Shown: positions 49,828 to 62,900 of the stretch, piece by piece
Layout of the letters: each line of letters opens with the position of its first letter
How positions within the stretch are numbered: position 1 is the first letter of the stretch
Assembly (NCBI GenBank): GCA_030704615.1
Contig: CM060734.1
Coordinates: forward strand, 8,742,001-8,806,000
DNA length: 64,000 nucleotides
Reading direction: 5' to 3'
Source of the DNA: Takakia lepidozioides
Taxonomy: Eukaryota; Plantae; Bryophyta
The notes under the pieces: model-generated
The model's database searches: none
Seen by the model: only the letters and a program-made list of their open reading frames with translations
What the model was told of the DNA's origin: nothing
Position numbers and translations under genes: made by a program

Positions 49828-51499
49828 ATCTTCTGCGGATGTATTGTGGGATATGTTGTCCTATGCTTATATATTAAGCACGACTTGAAGTCCTTACACT
49901 CAAAAACACTTCCTTCCAGGATCCCAAATTCTTGAGCTCCATCGTTGCCAATTTATAAAATGTCTTATATGAAGATATTTTAAAAGTTTTTTAATTGGAT
50001 TATCTCCTGAAGGAATTACCGATATAGGATCGAAGGAATGTTTAGCACCAAGCTCCTTCTTAAATGTTGAGATGAACTCTGAGGCAATTTCATGATCTTG
50101 TAGACTAGGAATCCAATTGTTTTCAGAGAAGACCGCATCACCATTTGTTGATTGTATCATCACAGCTAATCCAAAATTGTGAACCTTTTGTTGATTCAAA
50201 ATTGGAAATGTACCGCATACATGAAACCAGCTAAGCTCTTTCATCAATTGCCCAATCGATGGATCGGGTTGCTTCACCAATTGTGCATCCAATAGACTCG
50301 GATAGTCCACCAAAATCTTGATTTCCCATTGAAACTTTATAATTGTCCAAATTATCTTGGTTCTCAATTTCCCAAATTGAAATACCATTTGTAAAAAGAA
50401 ATTAGAAACTCTTGGAAAAAGTCTCATGTCATCCAAGAATTTGCCTCTACAGACCGTGAAAGATTTAAGTTTTCCTCTCGCAACCTATTTACTTCACTAT
50501 GAAGACCACAATTCTTCTTTGAAATTGCTGAATCACACTCTGAAAGTTCACATAATAATTATAAAGATATGCTTCCCTATGGGTTGAAGGAACAAATTGC
50601 TCCATCTCGAATTGGTATGTAATTATTTCACATCCAAGAAAATTGAAAATTTGAAACCAAAGATAAACAAAAGTATAACAACACAAATTCCCCGACAATT
50701 TTTTTTTTTTTAAGCCCTAACCTCACAAGCTTCATAATTCAGTTTCTCTTTTGATCCAACGTTTATTTTACCAATAATATAATGTCCTAAAATAGCCCAC
50801 TCGATTGGCCTTTCCCCGGCAGCGGCACCAAAAAGATGTAGAATAAAACTATAATCAACCCTAAAGAAAAGGATCAATCAGTCTAGAGTTTGTTCGCTGG
50901 GGAAAGCACACAATTGAATTGTTATGTCGTGATTAGAACACTATATCTACTTCTAATTGTCTCCCAACAATAAATGTCTTAATATTCATCTCAATTAAAT
51001 TCCTCTCATATTGATCTGCACACTTCATAAAATGATCTTCATCTTTTTCTTTCACACAAAATTCTTCCCATTAAACTCCAACATCTCATCACATTAACAT
51101 GAAGTTTACAGAGTCTTTCATCATATCTTTTTCTCATCACACTACTCATATTCTTCTTATCTCTTACTTAAGCTACTGAAAACGACAAACTAACACCTCA
51201 TGTGTTAGGGCCTCGGCACTCTTGCTCGAATGACCATGAATACATCGATTCAGCTGAACTCATAGTGTCCTACTCTAACTACCATAACTACCTAGCACTG
51301 ATTCAATGGGCTGACATCTATCCTAATAACCTCATTCCTACCAATTATCATCCCCATTATCTGAATTTACTTCCATTCTAGCATCCTACCCAATTCTATC
51401 AAATTATCGAACCCCATAGTGCAATTTCACATCCACTTCTTGTGCATTTGCACTCCAATTTTAAATGCTATTCCACAAAGAATTTTCTAGTATTCTACA
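49828..51499 (-). mobile_element. Athila/Tat-like gypsy 5' part: LTR 50837-51499 (related to LTR-C), PBS ~50813-50834, uncharacterised 5' ORF 49900-50698
   Basis: TGTAGAATA...TATTCTACA ends; rc PBS TTTTGGTGCCGCTGCCGGGGA. Confidence 0.85.
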
Positions 51500-54160
51500 T
51501 GAACCAACCGTGTGCCCCAATCACTACAATTGGGTCCGCCTTGGAATGCTGGCCTAAGGTATGGGAACACGCCGAAGCCGCACTACGACTTCGTCCCGAG
51601 GCTACACGATTATAGTACGTGAACGGAAGCACGTAGCTTCCGTGTTAGCCCGCACTACAAGGCAACCCTCTCGGTAGCGCAGTTATAGTACGCGCACGCG
51701 CCAGGTGCGCACTAGCACATGAACTCCCAAAGAAGGCGCAAGTTTCCTTGCCCCTTGGATGGGAGTCACCCAATTTCGGCACTGCGCAAACACACGATTA
51801 ATCCAATTTACCTCTCCCACTTTTGTAAGCTAGCATGCATTCTACACACTAGCCAACCATACCATGCATCACCATTCCAAACGAAATAGGCAGCACAACA
51901 TTTGGAAACCATTTCATTTATAAACAAAAATCTTTACAATACAAGTTTTTGCAATCGGATTCTTGAGCTAGCTAAGCCGGACTAAGCATGCATTTTCTCC
52001 CCCACGATCCAAGGTTGATGTCCCTATCAACGCTTCTTCCGCTTTCGAGGTTGCCCTTTGAAAGCTGCCACCGCCTCGGATGCGTTTCCCATTTCTGAGG
52101 CACGCACCCAAGTTGCCTCCACTTGATGATAGCCCTTCCATTTCACGAGATACTATGTTTCTCAATTCTTGAACCTCCTCGACTTAAGCACTGCCTCCAC
52201 CTCGTACTCAGGTTTATTTTCATGATCCAACAGCACAGGTGGCGGACGCAACACTTGATGCCGATTCGGACGAGCTTCATCTTTGAAGTAAGGCTTCAAA
52301 AGGGAAACGTGGAATACTGGATGCACCTTACTGTTTGCCGGCAGCTCCAATTCATACACATCCTCAAAATTCTTGATGTTCAACCAGACCTCCGTGCCTG
52401 CCTCAAACTTAACCTCCCTCCGTTTCCGATTCGCTTGCCGTTCATACCGTTTCCTAGCTTTGGCAAGGTTGTACTTTGCGAGCTCCAACAAACGCTCGCG
52501 TTCTTCCAGCACCGATGTTGCTGCCGGTTCCTCACCGTCTTGGGCGACCCAACTTCTCGACTCCAAAGGTGCTTTTCCATAGACCAATACGAAAAGGGAA
52601 ACTCCCATTGCGGAGTGTTCTATGTTATTATAACAGAACTCTGCTGCATCCAAGTGCTCCACCCAGTCCGACTGGTCTGCCGACACATAATTCCGCAAAA
52701 TCTGCTTCACCACGGAGTTCACTCTTTCCATTTGGCCGTCCATTGTAGGTCGGAAGGCCGTGCTCATCTTGAGCCTCGTCCCCATTTCTTCCAAAGTCGC
52801 CCCGTCTCCTGCGCCGTTGCCGTCTCCTTGGTGGGGATGAAATGGCCCATTTTACCGAACCTATCCACCACCACCATGATTGCATCGAATCCTTTTGACA
52901 GCGGCAAAGCAGTCATGAAATTCATCAAGACACTTTCCCAAGACCCCTCTGGAATCGGCAAGGGTTGTAACAGCCCCACTTGCTTTTTGTACTCGTTCTG
53001 GTTTTGTTGGCATGTGGTGCATGTCTTGACATACTCCTCGGCCTCCTCCCTCAGTTTGGGCCAGAAATACTCTTTCTTCAAGAGTGTCGCGGTGCGCTTG
53101 GCTCCGCCGTGGCCCGCAAGCGGGCCATCGTGGCATTCTCTCAAGAGACTATCTCTGATCCTTCCCTTCGGTACATAGAGATGCTTTTGCTTGTACCGGA
53201 GCAGTCCATTGTGCAAGTGGAACTGCGATTTAACCCCCAACCTCTCAAGTCCCACATCATGGACTTCGTCATTTCATCCTTCCGGTAAGCCTTCCGGATC
53301 TTCCTTTGGAGCGCCGTCTCGCCCATGTACACCAACATGAGCTGTTGCTTTCTACTTAAAGCATCGGCCACCACATTGTCCCATCCCGGTTTGTACTGGA
53401 TATCCACGTCGAACACTGCCAAAGTGTCTTGCCACCTAAGTTGTTTTGGGGACAACTTAGGCTGTGTGGCAAAATACTTCACCGTGACATTGTCCGTGAA
53501 CACCTTCACCGAGTTGAAACCAACATAGTGGCACCAAAGCTCAAGGCAATGCACCATCGCCTTCATTTTTTTCTCGTGCGTATGCCACCGTCGCTCCACT
53601 TCATTCAGTTTCTTACTTTCGTAAGCCACTGGACGTCCATCTTGCATGAGCACACCCCCAATTGCGAAGTCCGACGCATCTGTATGAATCCCAAATGGAC
53701 TGTCGAACTCGGGGATTTTCAAGACTGGAGCTTCCGCCATCCGCTGCTTCAACTCGGCAAAAGCTTGGCCACAAAAGGTGTTCCATACCCATACTTGGGA
53801 CTTAACAGAAGGTCTGACAGCGGCCCAGCGATCTTGGCCAAATTTCTCACATACTTTCGGTAATAGGAGGCGAGTCCTAGGAAGGATCGCACTCCCGGGA
53901 CCGAAGTCGGAGGTTCCCAGTCCATGATCGCCCTCACATTTTTGTCATCCATTTTGATCCCATCCTGTGTAAATCACATGCCCTATGAACTCCACTTTTG
54001 TGACCCCAAATTCGCACTTTGAAGCTTTGGCATACAGCTTCCCTTCCCGCAATTTCTGGAACACCCTTTTGAGGTGCTCTAAGTGCTCTTCCTTTGTTTT
54101 CGAGTACACCAAGATGTCGTTGATGTACACGATCACAAAGTCATCCAACCACTCCTGAAA
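51500..54160 (-). mobile_element. Chromovirus-type gypsy remnant: RT end, RNase H, integrase, chromodomain, 3' non-coding
   Basis: VIVYINDILVYS, HTDASDFAIGGVL, HDGPLAGH, HPVFHVSLLKP, EYEVEAVL..YLVKWKGY..EATW. Confidence 0.9.
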
Positions 54161-57100
54161 GTATGAAGCACACTGGAAGTTGTGTAGACGACAATTTCCA
54201 GTTTGCGGAAGAGAAGGTGTGGGGTTCGTTTCTGGGTTTAAGTAGGGGTTCTCCTCTGTAGGCTTCTTCTCTAACTTCTCTCAAGGTTCTTGTGGAGGTA
54301 ATTTTGTCCTGCTGTCCGCCTAGGTTTAAAGCGCAGTTAGCTTTAATTGTTGGGCCCTTGCTTACCAAGAAGCATTTAGCTTCTGGTAACGGTTTTGAGT
54401 AAACCTCATCCCTTTTCTGGATGTGCCTGATTTTCTTCCATTGGTGTTTTCTTCGGAGTTTGTCTTGGATTGGACTGATGGTTGTTGATGATTCTCCGAT
54501 TTCGGTCAGTTTACGTTCATCCATCTTGGATGTGTTCATCCATTTTGGTATGTGGTCTGTTTTTAGATGAGCGGAGTGTGCGCAGTACTTGCAGATTGAT
54601 TTAATGGCTTTGCCCTTATCATCCGCCGTCTTTTGGCAATCCATTGGATTGCGCCGTCGTTCTTCCTCCGTGTTATGATCGATGGTTAGTGATGTATGAT
54701 TACCACGGTCGGTGGGGTAATCTGGAGCGTACATCTCGGAGTTTAACACAAGCAGTGACTCGTTGGCTGCTTCGTATTCGTTCACGGTTCTGTAGGGCAT
54801 ATGTGTTGGCCACGGTTACCCATACGGTATACGGGGTGGTAATGTTGTCCTCCAAATGAATGGTGGTCTAGCCGTAGTGGTGCCCTGAACTCGTATTGCC
54901 ACATGTCTTAGTACATGCCGATTCACCGTGTCGTGATGAATGTAGTACGCACTGGCGGTTTCACGCTCCTCATCTACGGTTTGGTCTTCCTCGTTGGCGT
55001 ATAAGTCATGTAGAAGGGCTTTGTCATGTATCCCTTTGTAGCCTTTTAACTTGTTAATATTAATTGTCCCACGAATTCTTGTTCCAAGGTCTGCAAATCA
55101 TCAGTTCCATTGTCATGTACCCTTTTGATTTGAAATGGTCCCAACCATGGCATTTTCAATTTTCCTCCCAGTTTGATCTTCTTGATTTTTGGTAACCATA
55201 AGACAATTTCCCCATCCTGGAAAGATTTTTCTTTCCCTTCGGATATTTGTTTTCTTCATTGTTCTTGAATTCGTGTCATGTTATCTGCAGCGTCTGCCCG
55301 AACTTCTTCCAGATGAAATAACTCATATTCCCTGACTCGTAGAGATTCCTCTAAACCCCATCGTTCATGAGTTCCGGTTCGTAGTGTGGGTATCATGCAT
55401 TCAATGGGTAATAGTGCCTCTGCTCCATACACCAATTGAAATGGTGTATGTTTCATGGTCACCTTGTATGATGTCCTGAATGCCCATAGTGTTGTGTTCA
55501 TTTTGGTGTCCCAATCTGTACGATTGGCACATACTATCTTGGTTAAGATAGTGCATAATATCTTGTTGGTAGATTCGGCCTGGCCATTTCCTTGGGGATA
55601 GTAAGCAGTACTCTTGTGATGTACGATCATGAACTCCTCCATCAAGCATTTTATGGCATCATTTATAAAATGTGATCCTTGATCACTGACGAATTCCAGT
55701 GGGCAACCAAATCGTGTGATGATGTTTTCATATAAGAATTTGGTTGTCGACCTGGCAGTGTTGTCTCTTAGTGCCTTGGCCTCTACCCATTTGGTAGTGT
55801 AGTCAGTGGCCGTGAGGATGTATTGGTTATGTGTGTACTTTGCTGGAGGTTTAATGGGCCCCACAAAGTCTAGTCCCCATCGTTGAAATGGTTTTGTTGG
55901 TAGTATTGGGTGCATAGTACCCTTCCCAGTTCGTTCTACTGGTCCCATCCTCTGGCAAATATCACACTGTTGACAGTGTTCATAAGTGTCTCCAAATACA
56001 GTAGGCCACCAGTAACCTGTTAATAATATCTTCTTTGTTGTCAGGTCAGAACTGAAATGTCCTCCTGCAATTCCTTCGTGTAGCTCTTGCATCATTGTTT
56101 TGGCTTGTTCTTTGTTCACACATCTTCTCATTATGGAGTCAATTCCTCTTTTGTACAGAATTCCCTTGATTATTGTGTATGATTTGCTTTTCATTGAAAG
56201 CTTTTTCCTGTCATCTTTGGTGTAGTCTTCCGGAAAATTTCCTGTGTTCAGATAGTATTTGATTGGCCATTGCCAATCGTCTTGATCTTGATTCTGAATG
56301 TCTTCTGATTCTTCCTTGGTAACTGTATAAGCTCCAATACTGATATTGGCCAATTCTTGATTGTTTGGCTCTTCGTTTTCCTTGTCCTCTTCTTCTTCTG
56401 GATCTGGCTCTTCCTCAATAATAGTCCTTCATCAAGAGGTTCATCTTCATCTGATGAGTCCTCTTCTTCATCAGTGTCATCCATGAGCTTAAGAGAATAT
56501 GGGAGGTCATAGTCTCCTTGAAACACTCCCAGAGCGCCTAGAGGATCTGTCTCTTCATCTTGTGCTTTTGGTTGAACAGCAAACAGAAATGCGTCGGGAA
56601 GTTGATCCTCTATTCCTGTGGCTGGTTCTCCTGCAGTAATTCTTGATAGATGATCTGCTATAACATGTAATCTTCCGGGTTTATGAACAACTTTACAATC
56701 ATACTCATGAAGAAGTAATAACCATCAAGCAACCTTGCCACTAGCTAGTGGTCGATTTGCTAAATGAACTAGAGCCCGATGATCAACAATAAACTTAAAG
56801 CGATTGCCAAGTAAATAATGCCGAAACTTTTGAACAACATAAATCATTGCCAATGCTTCCCTTTCCGTGGTGCTATAGTTCTTCTCAGCTGCTGTCAGCA
56901 ATCTGCTTGCATAATAGATTGGTGAATCTATTGTGCCCGTCACATTCTGAGCTAGAATTGCCCCCAAAGCAATGCCTGATGCATCACTGTGTACATGAAA
57001 TGGTAAATCCCATCTTGGATTTATTAGAATTGGTGCTGCTTTGAGTGCCCTTTTTAGTGAATCAAATGATTCCTGACAAGCTGGAGACCATCGGTATTCG

Positions 57101-57519
57101 GCATCTTGCTTCAGCAGTCTATAGACTGGTGCCGCTCTGTGAGCATATTTGTCCATGTACCTTCTGTAATAGCTTGTCTGTCCCAGAAATCTCTTGAGTT
57201 TCTTGGGATTTTTTGGTGGTGGTATTTTTTGGATAACCTCCACTTTCTTTGGATCCACCAAAATTCCCTGTTGGCACACAATGTGTCCCAACAGTAATCC
57301 TGAATTCACACAAAATGTACATTTTCCGGATTGAGACTTACTCCATTGTTTCTGCAGGCTTGTAAGCAAAGTTTTAACTGCGCCAAGTGTTTGGATTTCT
57401 GTCCGAAGACACTGAAATCATCCAAAAATACCTGCATAAAATCGTTGAGATAATTCTTGAATATCTCAGATACTACTCGCGTGGCTGGTGCGTTGCAAAG
57501 TCCAAATGGCATGACCTTG
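54161..57519 (-). mobile_element. Non-chromovirus gypsy remnant: RT (cut by E3), RNase H, integrase, 3' ORF-like region
   Basis: [56 protein letters not shown]. Confidence 0.92.
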
Positions 57520-57959
57520 GAGGTTTACTATTTCATGAGCCCATGAGCCCATGAGCCTATGAGCTCATAAGCTCATGAGCGGGCATCCGCGGAATTGGAA
57601 TTTTTGTGCCTTTATTGATGGTATTAGGTCCTCATACCTCGATAATATGGTCTGTTTCTCCTGGTCCATGATGCGGAATGAGGTATTTCGGCGTCGTTAT
57701 TCCACGTCACGACTGTAAAACATTGTGCAGGACAGGAAAGAGACACAAACTTGTAGCCCTCACAAGCCATTGTGCTGACAGGGTAATATATTTAGGGTCA
57801 GACGACAGTTGAATTTGCAAACCCCATTCAACACAACATCACCCCACATTGACATGACAGAAAATTGCCATACACGCTCGAAATACAAACATCGGGAAAC
57901 TAGAAGTTTTTATTTTGTACATCGACAACTCCGAGCTTCCATCATCAGAAATGAACCAC

Positions 57960-59016
57960 TGCAGCATAAGAAACCTGTGGAACTACCATAACCCGGAGCC
58001 TGTGCCCTCCAATCACCCTCCACAATGATCCTTAACGCTCTATACTGCTGCGTTGACATCCACAACACGAACCACCGAGTCGTCGAACCACAGGTCCAGA
58101 ATTAGGAGTGGCGCGGTAGTCGTCCACTACGCATTGCCGTTTTCTGGATTAAGATGACGGATAAAGATACAAGATATCTATAGAGGTCACGTTTGTGGAA
58201 ACATGCAAATATTGGAGGCCAGGTGGGACCTCCTCCACAGCATCGTGAAATGCGCAAACATCCGGGACAAACCTGTTCCGATTCTCCCTTAGTGTCAACA
58301 ATATATTCCCTGGCCCAGAAGAGTGACTGAGCAACTCAAGAGCCCTATCCGGGAGCAAATACTGTGGAGGTGCAGTATAGTTATGGTAGCAAGACCTCCA
58401 GAACTCGCCGCAGCAACATCTCATGATGAAGAGACGAACACTCCGTCTTCTAGGTCTATCTCGCACAACAAGTATCCATGTTGTCCACTGGCAGGCCTCA
58501 CCCAAACAGAATCCCACAGAAGTGCTCGGAAACTCGTCACCCTGCGTGTACCTTCACTGAAGTCCAACTCCACCATAATGTCTCCCATCTCCGGCTCACG
58601 CAATTGCGAACCTGGAATCCCGCTTCGTCAAATGCAGGTGGCATTTTCACAGGGCGGCATTGAGGAAGTGTGCGCCCACCGGGAATGGAGAGGGACAAGT
58701 AATCACTGTAGTGTTTCAACACGGAGATGCAAACATTGAAAACCCATTGCGGAACACCCTCTGACGTGATCCTCTCTGGGGCAATGGCAATACGTGCCCC
58801 CATTGGCCGGCAACGGCTATCCACACAGCCGATCGAAAATGACTGTCTGGACCATACGTCCACGAAGGGGCTAGACAGAGAAGGTGCCACGACATTACGG
58901 GAAGAAATTGTGCTAAAACTACCGGCGTCCCGGCTTGGACCTCCGCATTGCGGCGCCAAAATAGCACGTCGGCATGAAAACTGCATGATGCCAGCGGAGT
59001 CGGGCACGATTTGCAT
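57960..59016 (-). pseudogene. Possible additional cargo gene of E3, unknown function
   Basis: Chain of overlapping minus-strand ORFs (58537-59016, 58421-58603, 58149-58517) with protein-like composition; no family recognised. Confidence 0.3.
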
Positions 59017-59377
59017 ACTCGGACTTCGCGATTTCTGTGACGAAATAGCAAAAATACACTGTCCTATTTTGGGGCCAAAATAGGCAAACTAATGGGAGTA
59101 AAGTTGGAACGTATGTTGTGCAGTTCTTGAGCAGGAAAACAATGAAAATTGATTATTCACCTTGGCACGCGGATGACATTGAGGCGTGGTTTTTTCATCC
59201 TGGCGGAACGCGATATAGATGTTGCGGGATGTCAGGCGGCCAGGTGACACCCTGGTTGCAGGCGCCAGTGCTCATACGCCATGAGGGGGAGGTTCAAATA
59301 TCTTGGGTGGAGTGTGCGACGTCATTGTCGTACACAATACAGACGTTCCTAGCTAATACAGCTAACTTCGACCGTGC

Positions 59378-59680
59378 TATTTCGGCGCCGAAATTCCCAA
59401 GAGCAGTGTGCTAAAGTGTAGTATTTTCAAGACTTCCACCGGGGTATTTCGGCGCCAAAATTCCCTTTTGAAATGTGATATACTGGCGTATTTTATGGCG
59501 CAGAGCGGGCTATTTCGGCGCCGAAATACCCAAGTGTAATGTGCTGAAGTGCCTTGTGCTAAAGTGCCTTGTGCTGAAGGCTTCCACCATGCTATTTCGG
59601 TGCCGTAATTCCTACGTGGAATTTTATAAGGCCCATATTATGAAGGTGCACACTGGGCTATTTCGGCGCCGAAATTCCCA
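59378..59680. repeat. Five copies of palindrome TATTTCGGCGCCGAAAT(T/A) at ~66-bp period; two more at 62362 and 62429
   Basis: Starts at 59378, 59445, 59511, 59593, 59659. Confidence 0.9.
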
Positions 59681-59929
59681 GTAGGAATGTGAGAAAGGGC
59701 CGTGTTTTGATGGCTTCTAGTTCACGCTTTGCTGGTGTGCATAAATTACTTGTAGGGTTCTTTACTTTACTTTGCGTCTCTTCTGCTTTTATTATTACAT
59801 TGTGGTTTGCGGAAGATATGTTGGGAATCGGACATGCACAGTCTGAACACAATGATTTCAAAAATCATCAATTTTTTCATTAAGTGATTAAGAACTGTAC
59901 AACAGAAGGATCGAAATGAGACTTTGTTA

Positions 59930-62900
59930 TGGCGAGGATCCGCGATCACTGTCCAATGCATCCCCGGCCTCATGCAAGGATGGCTGCCCTCCACCTGCCT
60001 CCGAACCTTCGCTACTGCTACCGCAGTTACTCTGAGAAGCCCTCCCCTCAAAAATACCATCCTCACCAGCTGGAACTGTCCACCTGGGTGTGGAACTGTC
60101 CTCATCATCCCCCTCGCTCTCAGACGCGGATTCTATGACGAACTTGCCCTACTCTGCCTTTCACAATTCCATGTTTGGCCTCATGCCTCATTATAATTCT
60201 CTGCTCCTTCTCAAATATCAATTGCTCGAACCGATTAGGCCTATCCTCCCTCCTGATGGCTTCTCTGGCAGCCGTGTCTGCATAGGGTGGTAGAAAAAAT
60301 GGCTTCTAGGGACTCGCAAGAAACGATTTTCTGGCAAAGAATGGCCGATGCGATTCTGTCTCCTCCTCTGCAACAGGGTCCGATTCGAGCAAGTCTCCCA
60401 ACATTTCCTCGTCGGAAGACTCTGCAAAGCTAAGTGTATGCACAAACAAAGAATGAAGCACATCAGAACATTCAAACAGGGAATCATTGGCAGGTTGCAT
60501 GGTCCCTACAACCGAAACCAATATACTTACTATGGTGCAATTCACTCGAAGACAGGCATTGCAGGAAGCGGCTTCGGGCGTCCCTGAATCGGACGAATTT
60601 CCTGGACTTCCTCCTCCTCCCCTTCCTCCTCCCCTTCCACGTCTTGTTCTGTGTTGTTGGGATCCTCAGTAGGAGGCAAATGCTGTAGGCCCGCCAAATT
60701 GAAATCGTACAAGGCCGTATCCCCCTCAAATGAGAACACCCTTCTGCCCACATACAGGCACCTGCGAATTGATACGACACAACCAAAGCCAAAGTCAAGA
60801 ATGACTCGCATCCTCGCGCAAGCAAACAAAGACAATCGGAAACGGTGTCAATTTTGGTGCCACAATCACTGAACGCTCTCACCTGTATTAGCAGTGACGT
60901 CAAGGACCCTGCCTTCAACATCCATACACGTTTCCATGAGCGTCTGGATGAATGTAGGACTCCTGGTCCTGCCATACCTCCAAGGCTTGCCCGACAAATC
61001 ACAAAGCATGTCCTTCTCTCCCACATGGTTGAACATGACGTTATACTCCAGTGGATCAACTGTGGAATCAACAAGTCTGCTTGCTTGACATAATTTGAAT
61101 TTCGAATGTTCCTTCACGAAAGCAGAACAGATTAAAACCGCAACATACCTTGTGACCCTCGTTGACAAGACCCTGCGTGTTGATGCAAGTCCAGATCTTC
61201 TTCAGGATGGGTGCTGCACTTCTCCCCGTCCATACTTTGATATCATTCTCAGTGACTTCCCCATCAGCTGCTAGCACAACAATACAGCTATCGTCGTCCA
61301 ACATGTTGGCTACGAACCCGAATGTGTGGCTCCAATATCTTTCGTCATACTTGTTCCACCACGGTAGTGAGCCTAGTCCCAGTATCTCCTACCCATCCAG
61401 GATATCCACAAGGATCATGTCGATGGAGGCTTTCACCGTCCTGCCCCCGACTGTGCTCTTTTTGCCGTGGCTCATCGCCAGAAAATACTCCATCATCTTT
61501 GTGTAGCCAGGAGTGTCCTCGATTTCATTGCCAGTGGCCTTCCTCTTCCCCTTCCGCTGGTGGGCCTCCATCGCCTTCCTCAATCTCGTTTTCTCCATCC
61601 TTCTTGTCAGAGCACTTAGGAAATTTTCATTAACACACTCCACAATTGTGGGTGTTTTGAGGACTTCCCTACCCGCAATGTGCACCGCACGGTAGGATCT
61701 GCCAGGTGCATCCTCGTATAGTGATCTCTTTGCAGCTGAACCCCCGGAGCACTGGCCCTTGTGAATTTTCGGACAAGGTGTGGCCCCCTGGGTGTTATCC
61801 TGCTGGAAATCGTCGTCGGAATCCTCGTCATCTGGATGACTATGTTGCTGCTTCTTCTTCTTGGGTGTGGGGCTCTTCGTCTCTTGCCCCTGTTTGCGCG
61901 TTCTTTTCTTCCTGTCTTTGGGTTGCTCAGCTGCCTGCTTCTCCATCTGCTCCTTCGCCAACGCTGCCGCCTTGGCCGACTTTCTCAGTGCTTTCTGCTT
62001 TGCTGCCTCCTCTGCTTTCAGTTTTGCCGCGTCCTCTGGTTGGGGATCCAAATGCGCCTTCATAGCTCGGGCATTCGCTTCCTTCTTCAAGTTAACCTCC
62101 GAGAGGTCAACGGTCCCACTTGGGAGATCCACATACCAGGGACAGTCTACCAAATGCTCGGCATGCCACTTCTTTGCCATGACTTCTGTGTACATCGTAC
62201 CACGTCCTCCACGTGTCCTCCACGCCAAGAAGAATGGTGGAACCCTTTGAATGGCTCCGGATGGAATGAGAGCAAAATTTATGTACCTGCAATCACGAGC
62301 CACTTCAACAAAAATCATGTTAGTGATGCATCATGCAAGAGGAAGTTCTGAATGCAGAAGGTATTTCGGCACCGAAATACGCAATGGAGCGTGCCCCAAT
62401 TACCCAGCATTCACATCTTGTAGAGGGATATTTCGGCGCCGCAATACCCACCGCTGCTTGGCTAAATTCTCAAAACTGCAAAGAGGGGGATGCATTGGCA
62501 GCAGATTACCTGAACAAGACTCGCATTGCCGCTTTGTCGGCACCCTCCTGCTCTTCTATGTATACGTTGCGTCTTGCCTTTGCAATTTCTCCGAAAAAGA
62601 GGTTTGCGAAGCTCCCTCGCCAGGACTACACGTAGTTCTCCATTGTCTTCGGTTTCGTCCAGTCGATCTGCAACTTGAAAGTGGTGGTGTTGCAATCCAA
62701 TTGCTCCTAGGCATGGGTCAGTACCTGCAGCATTGCAGGTCTCCGAAACATTCATGAATTTGAAATTGCGATGATGTCCAACACACAGAAGAGGAGGACA
62801 TTATACTTGATGCCACCAAGTCATCACATTTAGCCAGTCGTTCATTTTGTTGTCAGTTGGCTCGATGGGAAAGTGGTACAACAACTTTGTGTTTGTATGG

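Noticed and set aside
52123-53178. 351-aa + strand ORF
   Set aside because: Antisense shadow of the chromovirus integrase.
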